Shown here in pieces: positions 50,209 through 59,430 of a stretch of 64,000 nt of DNA (position 1 is the first letter of the stretch; each line of letters begins with the position of its first letter). Made by a program: the position numbers and the translations under genes. The notes below the pieces were generated by a model, which worked only from the letters and a program-made list of their open reading frames with translations, searched no databases and had not been told where the DNA came from. Source of the stretch: an uncultured Peptococcaceae bacterium (GTDB lineage: Bacteria; Bacillota; Dehalobacteriia; UBA4068; UBA4997); NCBI GenBank assembly GCA_947647555.1, contig CANSKT010000003.1:7987-71986 (forward strand), given 5' to 3'.

Positions 50209-50475
50209 TCAATCCGTCAAATCGTCCTCGCCCCAAATCCGCACCGCCAAAGTCTTGCCCGTATTCTGCGCCTTATCAGAAAAAAGGTGTTGGCTGCGCC
50301 CCAAAAGTTCCGCCGCCTTAGTGCGCTCGCTAACTTTCGGCCCGTCCAACCGAACCTGAACTTCGCCGCCCTTTTGCGTTTCATGCCGGTCATGCACCTC
50401 GCCGCGCATCACCTCGGTTAAAAACTGCATAATTTCGGTTTTACAGGCCACCGCTCGCCGCTTTTTCTCAACCAT
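50209..50475 (-). CDS. Truncated small terminase subunit (oligomerisation core only)
   Basis: 88-aa ORF with a good RBS (GGAAAGGAGA). EIMQFLTEVMRGEV...RTKAAELLGRSQHLFSDK matches the central and C-terminal part of Terminase_2-type TerS. No N-terminal HTH is encoded. Confidence 0.7.
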   Translation of the reverse strand: MVEKKRRAVACKTEIMQFLTEVMRGEVHDRHETQKGGEVQVRLDGPKVSERTKAAELLGRSQHLFSDKAQNTGKTLAVRIWGEDDLTD

Positions 50476-50513
50476 AAAAATCTCCTTTCCCTGCCAAAAT
50501 TTTTAAACAATTT

Positions 50514-50548
50514 TTGATGCTATTATTCTAGCACACATCAATCGGACA
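50514..50548 (-). promoter_or_regulatory. Copy B of the conserved 35-nt element (TGCTAGAAT extended -10-like) upstream of terS
   Basis: The minus strand reads TGTCCGATTGATGTGTGCTAGAATAATAGCATCAA, about 40 nt upstream of the terS start. Confidence 0.5.
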
Positions 50549-50640
50549 AAACAGGACGTCAACAAAATTTTTTTTCACGCATAAAAACACCAGCGCCGGA
50601 CAAACTATCTTTACAAAATAGATATTCAGGAGGTAAAATC

Positions 50641-50814
50641 ATGACGACCAAAGAACTGCTCTATATTGAAGACGCCCTCGGCCATGCGCAGTATTTCCAA
50701 AGCAAATGCCAGGAAACACTTGGCCAGCTGCAAGATGCCGATTTAAAAACCTGCGTACAGCAAATGGCACAGAAAAACCAGCAAATTTATCAAAGCTTTT
50801 TCAGTTTATTATAG
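50641..50814 (+). CDS. Small CotF-associated spore coat-like protein
   Basis: 57-aa ORF below the track cut-off. It begins AGGAGGTAAAATC-ATG and encodes MTTKELLYIEDALGHAQYFQSKCQE.... It is paired with the CotF-like gene. Confidence 0.55.
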   Translation: MTTKELLYIEDALGHAQYFQSKCQETLGQLQDADLKTCVQQMAQKNQQIYQSFFSLL

Positions 50815-50824
50815 GAGGCCGCCC

Positions 50825-51091
50825 ATGACTAACAATAATGATAAAAACCTGATGGAAAATATGCTGCTGCTGGAAAAAGGCGTGTGCGACCTCTATATGC
50901 ACGGCGCCATAGAGTCCTCCACAGCCAACGTCCATCAAACCTTTAACAGCGCCCTGAACAATTCCCTCGCCATTCAAGACAGCATTTACAGTAAAATGTC
51001 GGCCAAAGGCTGGTACGCCCCGGAACAGGCCGAACAAAATAAAATAAATTCTGTAAAACAAAAATTCTGTTGCAGCCAGGGCGCTAATTAA
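50825..51091 (+). CDS. Coat F domain spore coat protein
   Basis: 88-aa ORF. MLLLEKGVCDLYMHGAIESSTANVHQTFNSALNNSLAIQDSIYSKMSAKGWY is a Coat_F pattern. Confidence 0.7.
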   Translation: MTNNNDKNLMENMLLLEKGVCDLYMHGAIESSTANVHQTFNSALNNSLAIQDSIYSKMSAKGWYAPEQAEQNKINSVKQKFCCSQGAN

Positions 51092-51253
51092 GGCTGCACA
51101 CCCACATTCTGAAGCCTAAAGAAAAATTAGCCGAACCCTCAATAAAAAAGGTTCGGCTAATTTTTTTATGTATTTTATTGGCCCTTTTACGGCTTACCAT
51201 AATAATATTACCTAAACAACAGCGCAAATTGTAAACTAAAATCAAATAATCAG

Positions 51254-51282
51254 TTGACAAACCCTCGCGTCAATGCTATAAT
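51254..51282 (+). promoter_or_regulatory. Consensus sigma-A promoter of bioA
   Basis: TTGACA, a 17-nt spacer, then TATAAT. Confidence 0.7.
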
Positions 51283-51314
51283 TGTAAACAATATAGCAAC
51301 AAACTTGTTTACAA
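51282..51314. promoter_or_regulatory. BirA operator (bioO)
   Basis: Perfect 10-bp inverted repeat (TTGTAAACAA-N13-TTGTTTACAA) overlapping the -10 region and transcription start. It matches the TGTAAAC/GTTTACA half-sites of Firmicute BirA sites. Confidence 0.7.
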
Positions 51315-51335
51315 ACAAAATGAGGTGATTATAAA

Positions 51336-52520
51336 ATGATTTGGTATCCCTATGAACAAATGAAAACCATGCGCCAGCCCTACAAAATTCTGGACGCCAA
51401 CGGCGTTTATCTTTACACCCACGACCAAAAACTGATTGACTCTGTCAGTTCCTGGTGGTGCATGATTCATGGCTATAAACACCCAGAGTTAACCGCGGCG
51501 CTAAAAAAACAGGCGGACAATTTTTGTCACGTAATGCTGGGCGGCTTAACACATGAACCCGTACAGCAGCTTTCCGCCAAATTACAGGAGTTTCTGCCCG
51601 GTGATTTGGATTATTGCTTTTTCTCAGACTCCGGCAGCGTCGCGGTAGAGGTTTCGCTCAAAATGGCGCTGCAATACAACACCAATCAGGGACGCAAAAG
51701 GCCGCTGGTGCTGGCGCTGGAACATGCCTATCATGGCGATACATTCAAAGCCATGGAAGTCGGCGATGATGAAGACTATCATTTTGCTTTTGAAGAAAAA
51801 AGCGGCGTAGTGCATATCCCCACACAAATCCCGGCTCTGGAGGCCGCTTTTGAGCAATATCATGACCAGCTGAACTGCTTTATTGTAGAACCGCTATTGC
51901 AGGGAGCCGGCGGCATGCTGATGTATAACATCGACTTTTTACAACGCGCCCGGCAGCTTTGCGACGAATATGATGTGTTACTGATTTTCGATGAGGTAGC
52001 CACTGGCTTTGGCCGCACTGGCAACCGCTTTGTAGCCGACCTTGTTCTGCCGGACATTCTGGTACTGGGCAAAGCGCTTACCGGCGGTTATATCGGCCAT
52101 GCCGCAACCGTTGCCAACCATAAAGTTTTCAACGCCTTTTACAGCGATAACGACCGCCACGCCCTAATGCACGGCCCCACTTTCATGGGCAATGCCCTGG
52201 CCTGTGCCGTCGCCCTGAAAGGCATAGAAATTTTTGAACGCGAAGATTATATGAGCAAAATCCAACACATCGAGGAAGTATCCCGGCGCGAACTGGCCGG
52301 TCTGAGCGACCCACGCATTAAAGATGTGCGCGTAATGGGCGGCTGCGCCTGCATCGAAGTCTATGACAGCGCCACCCTGGAGGGCTTCCAGCAGTTCGCC
52401 TATGAACGCGGCGTTTTCTGCCGCCCCTTCCTGCGCTATATGTATTCCATGGTGCCCTACATCATCAAAGACGATGAATTAATCAAAATTTTCGATACCA
52501 TGAAATCCTGGTTTGTTTAA
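51336..52520 (+). CDS. bioA: Adenosylmethionine-8-amino-7-oxononanoate aminotransferase
   Basis: 394-aa class-III aminotransferase (SSWWCMIHGYKHPEL, FDEVATGFGRTG), placed behind a BirA operator. Confidence 0.85.
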   Translation: MIWYPYEQMKTMRQPYKILDANGVYLYTHDQKLIDSVSSWWCMIHGYKHPELTAALKKQADNFCHVMLGGLTHEPVQQLSAKLQEFLPGDLDYCFFSDSGSVAVEVSLKMALQYNTNQGRKRPLVLALEHAYHGDTFKAMEVGDDEDYHFAFEEKSGVVHIPTQIPALEAAFEQYHDQLNCFIVEPLLQGAGGMLMYNIDFLQRARQLCDEYDVLLIFDEVATGFGRTGNRFVADLVLPDILVLGKALTGGYIGHAATVANHKVFNAFYSDNDRHALMHGPTFMGNALACAVALKGIEIFEREDYMSKIQHIEEVSRRELAGLSDPRIKDVRVMGGCACIEVYDSATLEGFQQFAYERGVFCRPFLRYMYSMVPYIIKDDELIKIFDTMKSWFV

Positions 52521-52636
52521 GATATTGACAAACTATGTTAGGTAGTACTGCTATTTGATTTTTTCTTTATAGAATAGAATTGCTTTCCTGCATAATAGTT
52601 TAACCTCACTCAGGATTGCCAAGGCTTTAAAAAATA

Positions 52637-52666
52637 TTGACAATCGCAGAATAATTGTGCTATAAT
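52637..52666 (+). promoter_or_regulatory. Promoter of the candidate antisense sRNA
   Basis: TTGACA, an 18-nt spacer, then TATAAT with an extended -10 TG (TGcTATAAT). Confidence 0.55.
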
Positions 52667-52672
52667 AAAAGC

Positions 52673-52758
52673 ACAAAGAGCTGACCCCCAAATCGGGTCA
52701 GCCCCCCAAAGTTTAGCTAAAAATAGCCGCGACCATTGCTGACTGGGCGGCTATTTTT
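52673..52758 (+). ncRNA. Candidate antitoxin sRNA (about 85 nt) convergent with the small toxin-like ORF
   Basis: It starts just after the promoter and has no ORF. It contains a hairpin GCTGACCC/GGGTCAGC (52680-52702) and a terminator ATAGCCGC/GCGGCTAT followed by TTTTT (52723-52758), which overlaps the stop codon of the minus-strand ORF. Confidence 0.35.
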
Positions 52759-52846
52759 GTTTGCCATGATTTAATATAAACTCGGCAACCTGTATGCCAA
52801 GCTGAATGGCTTGCATAACTATGACCGCTATGTTTAACCAAAGCAT
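52751..52846 (-). CDS. 31-aa hydrophobic peptide, type I toxin-like
   Basis: GAGGAGGTGATGCA precedes the ATG. The peptide is MLWLNIAVIVMQAIQLGIQVAEFILNHGKQK, one TM helix plus a basic tail. The SD can pair with an upstream CCTCCTC. Confidence 0.4.
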   Translation of the reverse strand: MLWLNIAVIVMQAIQLGIQVAEFILNHGKQK

Positions 52847-52983
52847 TGCATCACCTCCTCGCCGTACATTATGAGGAGGGACCCAATCCCTCATTCTTAC
52901 AACTTTCCACCTTTCACAAGATGTAATTGTGTACTCATGAGGGCTAACCGCCAATTTGCATTTCAACTCTTTGTGTAATTCAT

Positions 52984-53012
52984 ACTATACCACAGGTATT
53001 GTTTATTTTCAA
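52984..53012 (-). promoter_or_regulatory. Promoter of the toxin-like mRNA
   Basis: The minus strand reads TTGAAA, a 17-nt spacer, then TATAGT with an upstream TG. It would give a leader of about 130 nt. Confidence 0.5.
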
Positions 53013-53129
53013 CTAATTATTATAAATTATTATCTTTATAAAAACAGCAAAACAATCGCTGCCCCTTTTCAATAAAGGTGCAGCGATTGTTCATGAATGA
53101 CATTATAATTTATCACATAGCAAGCGTAA

Positions 53130-54173
<1,044 letters not shown>

Positions 54174-54205
54174 TTATTTAAAAGTTACTGACAAACAATA
54201 TTATA

Positions 54206-54607
54206 TTACAGGCGGCCAATAATCCAGGTAATCAGAGTATTAGCCAAAGAAATAACAACGCTGGCCACGATTGCCGAGCCAAAACCGGCCACCGAGCAGC
54301 CAGGAATTAACCATACCACCAGCCAAAGCATAAAACCGTTAAGCACCAGCGCAAACACACCAAAGGTGAGTATCGTCAGCGGCAAGGCCGCCAGCTGTAA
54401 AACAGGCTTAACGCTCAAATTAAGCAAAGTGAATAAAACCGCCGCTAAAAGCAGGGAAAGCAGGCTGCCAAAATTCAAGCCGCCCACCAGCCGCTCCGCC
54501 AGCAGCATAGCCAGCGCATTCATCATCGCCACAATCAGAAGCCGCTGATAATCCGGTCCCGGACGCACATAATTGCCCCGATTGTCTATATAACCATCTC
54601 TGCGCAA
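54206..54607 (-). CDS. DUF360 / phage-holin-4-family membrane protein (YvlD-like)
   Basis: Four TM helices. The probable start is TTG 54607, 6 nt after GGAGGG; the ORF track extends to 54631. Confidence 0.65.
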   Translation of the reverse strand: MRRDGYIDNRGNYVRPGPDYQRLLIVAMMNALAMLLAERLVGGLNFGSLLSLLLAAVLFTLLNLSVKPVLQLAALPLTILTFGVFALVLNGFMLWLVVWLIPGCSVAGFGSAIVASVVISLANTLITWIIGRL

Positions 54608-54831
54608 AAAAAGCCCTCCTTCTCCCAACAATTTTTAAGTTTTTTGAAAATATTAATTGTTTTTTTGTGTCTTATTGGCTAAAATAAGTTTAGCCTTATT
54701 TTAGCATTATTATTGATAAAATGCAAGACCAGTGAAGCGATTATTTATATTTATAATGTATTCATGCAAGTTTTTTATTAATAATAAATATTCTCAAAAA
54801 AATATATAGCCAAAAACAGGAGGAAAAAAAC

Positions 54832-55950
54832 ATGCAGGACCCACGTATTCAACAGCTGGCGCATAATCTGGTAAATTATTCCACGCGCGTACAGCCCGGC
54901 GAAAAAGTGCTCATTGAAATTAACGGCGAGGCCACAGAGCTGGCCTGCGCGCTGGTAGAAGAAGTTTACCGCGCCGGAGGTCTGCCGTTCGTCAGCCAAA
55001 AGCAGGAGGAAATCAAAGAAACATTGCTGCAAAACTGTACGCAGCAACAGCTGGAATTAATTGCCAAATATGAAGCCGCACGCATGCAGGACATGCAGGC
55101 TTATATTGGCGTGCGCGCCGGCGATAACAGCTTCGCCATGGCCGCACTGCCGCCGGAAAAAGTAGAAATGTATAACAAATTCTGGCAAAAACCGGTGCAT
55201 ATGGATATCCGCGTGCCGCATACCAAATGGGTAATTCTGCGCTGGCCCAATCACAGCATGGCGCAGCTGGCGCAAATGCCAACCAGCCGCTTTGAAGATT
55301 ACTTCTTCAGCGTCTGCAACCTGGATTACAGCAAATTAAGCCGCGCTATGGACGCACTGGTGGAACTGATGAACCGCACCGACCGGGTGGATATTAAAGG
55401 CCCCCAGGTTGACCTGCATTTCAGCATTAAGGATATCCCGGCTATCAAATGCGCCGGCGATTGCAATATCCCAGACGGCGAGGTCTATTCCGCGCCTGTG
55501 CGCAATTCTGTCAACGGTGAAATAACTTACAATACCCCCTCGCTTTATCAGGGAACGGTTTTTGACCAAATCCATTTTCGCTTCGCAGAGGGCAAAATTG
55601 TGGCCGCCGACGCCGGCCGCCACACAGAAAAACTGAACCGTATTTTAGATACCGACGAGGGCGCGCGCTATATCGGTGAATTTGCGCTGGGACTCAATCC
55701 CAATGTCACCGTGCCGATTTATGACATTCTGTTTGATGAAAAAATCAGCGGCAGTTTCCATTTCACCCCCGGCGACTGCTACGACGACGCGCCCAACGGC
55801 AACAGCAGCAGTATTCACTGGGATTTAGTCAACGTGCAAACCCCGGAAATGGGCGGCGGTGAAATCTGGTTCGACGGCCAGCTGGTGCGCAAGGACGGCC
55901 GCTTTGTGATACCAGAATTAGAGTGTCTGAACCCGGAAAAATTAGTTTAA
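54832..55950 (+). CDS. M29-family aminopeptidase (PepS/AmpS)
   Basis: 372-aa ORF with N-terminal and C-terminal M29-like sequence (GEFALGLNP...HFTPG). Confidence 0.85.
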   Translation: MQDPRIQQLAHNLVNYSTRVQPGEKVLIEINGEATELACALVEEVYRAGGLPFVSQKQEEIKETLLQNCTQQQLELIAKYEAARMQDMQAYIGVRAGDNSFAMAALPPEKVEMYNKFWQKPVHMDIRVPHTKWVILRWPNHSMAQLAQMPTSRFEDYFFSVCNLDYSKLSRAMDALVELMNRTDRVDIKGPQVDLHFSIKDIPAIKCAGDCNIPDGEVYSAPVRNSVNGEITYNTPSLYQGTVFDQIHFRFAEGKIVAADAGRHTEKLNRILDTDEGARYIGEFALGLNPNVTVPIYDILFDEKISGSFHFTPGDCYDDAPNGNSSSIHWDLVNVQTPEMGGGEIWFDGQLVRKDGRFVIPELECLNPEKLV

Positions 55951-56409
55951 TAACACCACGGCCTGCGCCGCAATTCCCTCTTCATGGCCCACAAAGCCCA
56001 ATTTCTCGGTGGTAGTGGCTTTCAAGCCAACCGCACCAATCTCCAAACCCAACACGCCGGCAATATTCTCTCGCATTTGCTCAATATGCGGCGCCAGCTT
56101 GGGGCGCTCCGCCATGATTACCACGTCCACATTGCCAACCTGCCAGCCCTCACGGTGCAGCATATCCGCCACCTGCCGCAGCAGCTGCAAGCTGTCTGCG
56201 CCGGCGTATTTGGGGTCATTATCCGGAAACAGCCGGCCAATATCCGGCAGAGCCGCCGCGCCCAAAAGCGCGTCCATCAAAGCATGACAAAGCACGTCCG
56301 CATCAGAATGGCCCAACAGCCCCAGCGTATGCGGTATTTTCACGCCGCCCAAAATCAACGCTCTGTCCGCCGCCAACCTATGCACATCATAACCAATACC
56401 AATCCGCAT
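55942..56409 (-). CDS. ispF: 2-C-methyl-D-erythritol 2,4-cyclodiphosphate synthase
   Basis: 155-aa ORF with [12 protein letters not shown] and [11 protein letters not shown] motifs. Confidence 0.95.
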   Translation of the reverse strand: MRIGIGYDVHRLAADRALILGGVKIPHTLGLLGHSDADVLCHALMDALLGAAALPDIGRLFPDNDPKYAGADSLQLLRQVADMLHREGWQVGNVDVVIMAERPKLAPHIEQMRENIAGVLGLEIGAVGLKATTTEKLGFVGHEEGIAAQAVVLLN

Positions 56410-56410
56410 T

Positions 56411-57133
56411 TTAACCCTCCTCGGTCAAAATCAGCTGTGCCAGCTGCAAATCACGCGGCGTGGTAATTTTAATATTATCCGCACTGCCGCGCACCAAAGC
56501 CACACGGCCGCCGCCGTTAGCCGCCAGCAGCGCCGCATCATCAGTAAAATCCTTATCCATGGTGGAATAGGCTTCAATAAAAGGCTCAATCGCAAAAACC
56601 TGCGGCGTCAGCGCACGCCAAAGCAAATCGCGAGGCGGCGTAGCTTCAATCGCTCCCACCACAGCGCCGGCCGATTTATCCGGCGCTGCTTCATTTGCCG
56701 CCAGCAATTTAATAGTATCGGTAACCGGCGCAGCCAAAACAGCGCCCACATAATCCGGCAGACTGGCCGCCTGTAAAACCGCCTGCCAATCAGCCATTTG
56801 CAGCAGCGGCCGCGCAGCGTCATGCACCGCCACCAACTCCGCCGTGCAGCTGATATAAGGCAGAGCCGCCGCCACTGAACGCAGACGAGTACTGCCGCCA
56901 GCCACCACCAAACCGGCCTTTTGTAAGCGCAGTTGTGCAATCAGCTGCTCCGTCTGAGCAATCTCCGCCGCCTGCGCCACCACAATAACCTGATTAACCT
57001 GCGGCGCCTGCTCAAAAAACGCCAAAGAATATTGCAGCAGCGGCTTGCCATTTAAAGACAGCCAGATTTTATTAATCGCCGCCCCCATGCGCTGACCCTG
57101 CCCAGCCGCCAGTAATATAACCGTAACCTGCAT
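56411..57133 (-). CDS. ispD: 2-C-methyl-D-erythritol 4-phosphate cytidylyltransferase
   Basis: 240-aa ORF ([19 protein letters not shown]) directly upstream of ispF. Confidence 0.92.
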   Translation of the reverse strand: MQVTVILLAAGQGQRMGAAINKIWLSLNGKPLLQYSLAFFEQAPQVNQVIVVAQAAEIAQTEQLIAQLRLQKAGLVVAGGSTRLRSVAAALPYISCTAELVAVHDAARPLLQMADWQAVLQAASLPDYVGAVLAAPVTDTIKLLAANEAAPDKSAGAVVGAIEATPPRDLLWRALTPQVFAIEPFIEAYSTMDKDFTDDAALLAANGGGRVALVRGSADNIKITTPRDLQLAQLILTEEG

Positions 57134-57298
57134 ATGAACACCATTCTTTTATATATTTTTTATATTTTTATATATATCTTTTATTATTATTTTTTTATTT
57201 ACTTTATCTTTTTTACTAGATGCTTATATAACTATTTAACTATACAGCACTAACCCCAGTCCCCCTCAACCTACCTCTGGCATGCCAAAGATTTAAAG

Positions 57299-58402
57299 TC
57301 ATTTGGGACGGGCAAAAATCATGCGGCCAGTGGCTGTTTGTAAAACACTGCTGACCTCCGCCTTGATTTTGCGGCCGATATGCTGCCGGCCGTTCTCCAC
57401 CACAATCATTGTGCCGTCTGGCAGATAAGCCAGCCCCTGATTAGGCTCCTTACCCTGATGCACAATTTCCACTGAAATAACCTCGCCCGGCAGCCAAACC
57501 GCTTTCAGGGCGTTGGCCAACTCATTAACATTCAGAATATGCACGCCCTGCACCTGCGCCACCTTGGCCAGATTAAAATCATTGGTCAGCACCGAACCCT
57601 TTAAGTCCTGCGCCAAACGCAGCAGCTTATTGTCAACCTCATTGATATCTGGATAATCCACGTCCATAATTACCACACGACCAGGCAACTCCTTTTGCAG
57701 GCGGTTCAAAATATCCAGACCACGGCGGCCGCGGTTGCGCTTCAAAACGTCCTGTAAATCGGCAATATGGCGCAACTCATCTAAGACAAAATTCGGCACA
57801 ACCAACTGCCCCTCCAGAAAACCCAGCCGACAAATATCCGCCATGCGGCCGTCAATTATAGCGCTGGTATCTACAACTTTGGCCCCCGCCGCCTGACTGC
57901 CCGTAACATGCATATTTTTGCCCAAAGCACCAGTATTGCGCCAGTTCAGCAGACTGGCCAGTTCTGTACGCTTACGATAGGCCACCAAAATGCCCAGATA
58001 AGCAAAAAACAGCAGCGAAGTCATGGAAATATAGGGGCCGATTACCTGTATCTTGCCAACCACAGTGTTTAAAAGGCTGGCAATAATCAGGCCGATAATC
58101 AAACCCAATACCACACAACAGATATCCAACACCGGCATTTTAAAAATATGATTGACAAATTTGGCAAAAATACCAGAAATAACATTGAACAGCGGCGGCA
58201 GTAAAAAGGCCGCAATCATCACGCCCAAAAATGTGGTTACAAAAATAGCCAGACCACGCTCAAACGATTCCATACCATCGGAAAATCTAAAAGCCAGCCA
58301 AAAAACGCCCGCTCCAATCAGCAGATAAATTAAAGCATAAAAAAAATAAGATAATCTACGACGCCAGGCCGGGGGTGTGACCGCGTCCTTTTTGGTTTCC
58401 AT
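57299..58402 (-). CDS. yacL: PIN/TRAM-domain membrane protein YacL
   Basis: N-terminal TM helices, a PIN domain (VVDTSAIIDGR) and a C-terminal TRAM. The start METKKD (ATG 58402) follows GGAGGA. The yacL-ispD-ispF order matches Bacillus. Confidence 0.85.
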   Translation of the reverse strand: METKKDAVTPPAWRRRLSYFFYALIYLLIGAGVFWLAFRFSDGMESFERGLAIFVTTFLGVMIAAFLLPPLFNVISGIFAKFVNHIFKMPVLDICCVVLGLIIGLIIASLLNTVVGKIQVIGPYISMTSLLFFAYLGILVAYRKRTELASLLNWRNTGALGKNMHVTGSQAAGAKVVDTSAIIDGRMADICRLGFLEGQLVVPNFVLDELRHIADLQDVLKRNRGRRGLDILNRLQKELPGRVVIMDVDYPDINEVDNKLLRLAQDLKGSVLTNDFNLAKVAQVQGVHILNVNELANALKAVWLPGEVISVEIVHQGKEPNQGLAYLPDGTMIVVENGRQHIGRKIKAEVSSVLQTATGRMIFARPK

Positions 58403-58654
58403 ATTTATCCTCCGTTTTTCCAATCAATAAACAGCAGCGCAAAAACAATATCACAAGCAAAACAATTCTATACCCAAAAGGGAAAATCCTGCCAGCCGGC
58501 TTAAATATACAGCGACATACCTTTTTAGGCATTTTTTTCAGCCTGCAACCAGCGGTTGACAGCTTGTCCGGCCTGGTTGGTTGCCTGCAACCAACGAAAA
58601 ATATATAATTAAACCAGAGCGAAAACAAAAACTTATCATTCAGGAGGTCACACC

Positions 58655-59371
58655 ATGAACCCTATAACAATGGACACAAGCAGGGAAAACAAAACCCGAA
58701 CGCCGGAAACAACACTGGCCGGGCGTATTCAACAGCTGCGCCGCCAGCGCGGTATCTCGCAGGAGGAACTGGCCGGAGCCGTTAATGTATCCCGACAGGC
58801 CGTTTCCAAATGGGAGAGCGCCCAGACCCAGCCAGAGTTGGAAAAGCTGCTGGCTTTGAGCGATTTTTTTCAGGTCAGCACCGATTATTTGTTAAAAGGA
58901 GAGCCGACAGCGCCGGAGCCGCCGAGCATAACGCCCGTCGCCAGACCCAGCGCCCCAGGCCGCAGCCGACAGCTGTTTGTAATTAACGCCACCCTTTTTA
59001 ATTACATCGGCCTGCTTTTAGGCTGGGGACTTTGGGATTACTGGCAGCTTTCCATTTGCTCCCTGTTCAGCGTTGCCATGACGATGATTGGCGCGGCCGT
59101 GCTGGCCGTTGGTTTAAACACCGCACCAGAGGCGCAGGAACGCCGCCGGCTTTGGCGCGGCTTCTGGTGCTGGAACATCTGGCCGATTGCCCAGCTGGCG
59201 TTGGGTCTGCTATATAGCGCGCTTTCCACCGGCGGTCAGGTTTTGGCTCCAATTATCTCTCATTATTATGTTGGCTGGGCCGGCATTGGCCTTTTCGTTT
59301 TCTGCTGGGGCGCCTGGCTGATTATCTGCTTAAGCGTCTGGCGCAACTGCCGCAGCAAGCTGCATCAATAA
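58655..59371 (+). CDS. XRE-family HTH protein with C-terminal membrane domain
   Basis: 238-aa ORF with an HTH_3 motif (IQQLRRQRGISQEELAGAVNVSRQAVSKWE), a Pro-rich linker and four or five TM helices. Confidence 0.8.
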   Translation: MNPITMDTSRENKTRTPETTLAGRIQQLRRQRGISQEELAGAVNVSRQAVSKWESAQTQPELEKLLALSDFFQVSTDYLLKGEPTAPEPPSITPVARPSAPGRSRQLFVINATLFNYIGLLLGWGLWDYWQLSICSLFSVAMTMIGAAVLAVGLNTAPEAQERRRLWRGFWCWNIWPIAQLALGLLYSALSTGGQVLAPIISHYYVGWAGIGLFVFCWGAWLIICLSVWRNCRSKLHQ

Positions 59372-59430
59372 GCATAATTATCCGTCCGGGCGCATATATA
59401 TGCTAAAAACTCTCAAAGAGGTGCTCCCTG

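Larger units (their letters stand above)
35228..50475 (-). mobile_element. Structural-only myovirus-like gene cluster (PBSX/GTA-like defective prophage or domesticated particle locus)
   Basis: 21 co-oriented, tightly packed genes encode terminase, portal, scaffold, capsid, connectors, sheath, tube, baseplate, fibre, holin and lysin. No integrase, repressor or replication genes and no visible att repeats are present. Confidence 0.85.

Noticed and set aside
35228-50475. Considered an eCIS/PVC-like or T6SS-like contractile injection system, or a pure tailocin.
   Set aside because: Terminase, portal, scaffold and capsid genes are present. No AAA+ ATPase, VgrG/PAAR spike or toxin cargo genes are visible, so a capsid-bearing particle fits better.
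35140-50640. Looked for att-like direct repeats, an integrase, or a tRNA target at the borders of the phage-like cluster.
   Set aside because: No convincing repeat longer than a few nt was seen between the 35137-35227 and 50476-50640 spacers. The only tRNA (19364-19440) is 16 kb away, so no integration site is claimed.
52751-52966. 71-aa ORF from the track (MKCKLAVSPHEY...).
   Set aside because: Its first 40 codons cover the structured leader and have no RBS. The strong SD sits in front of the internal ATG at 52846, so only the 31-aa C-terminal peptide is considered plausible.
58541-58600. Repeated gcctgcaacca motifs and an imperfect palindrome in the yacL / HTH-gene divergent spacer.
   Set aside because: This may be an operator for the XRE-type protein, but the symmetry is imperfect and there is only one occurrence, which is insufficient support.
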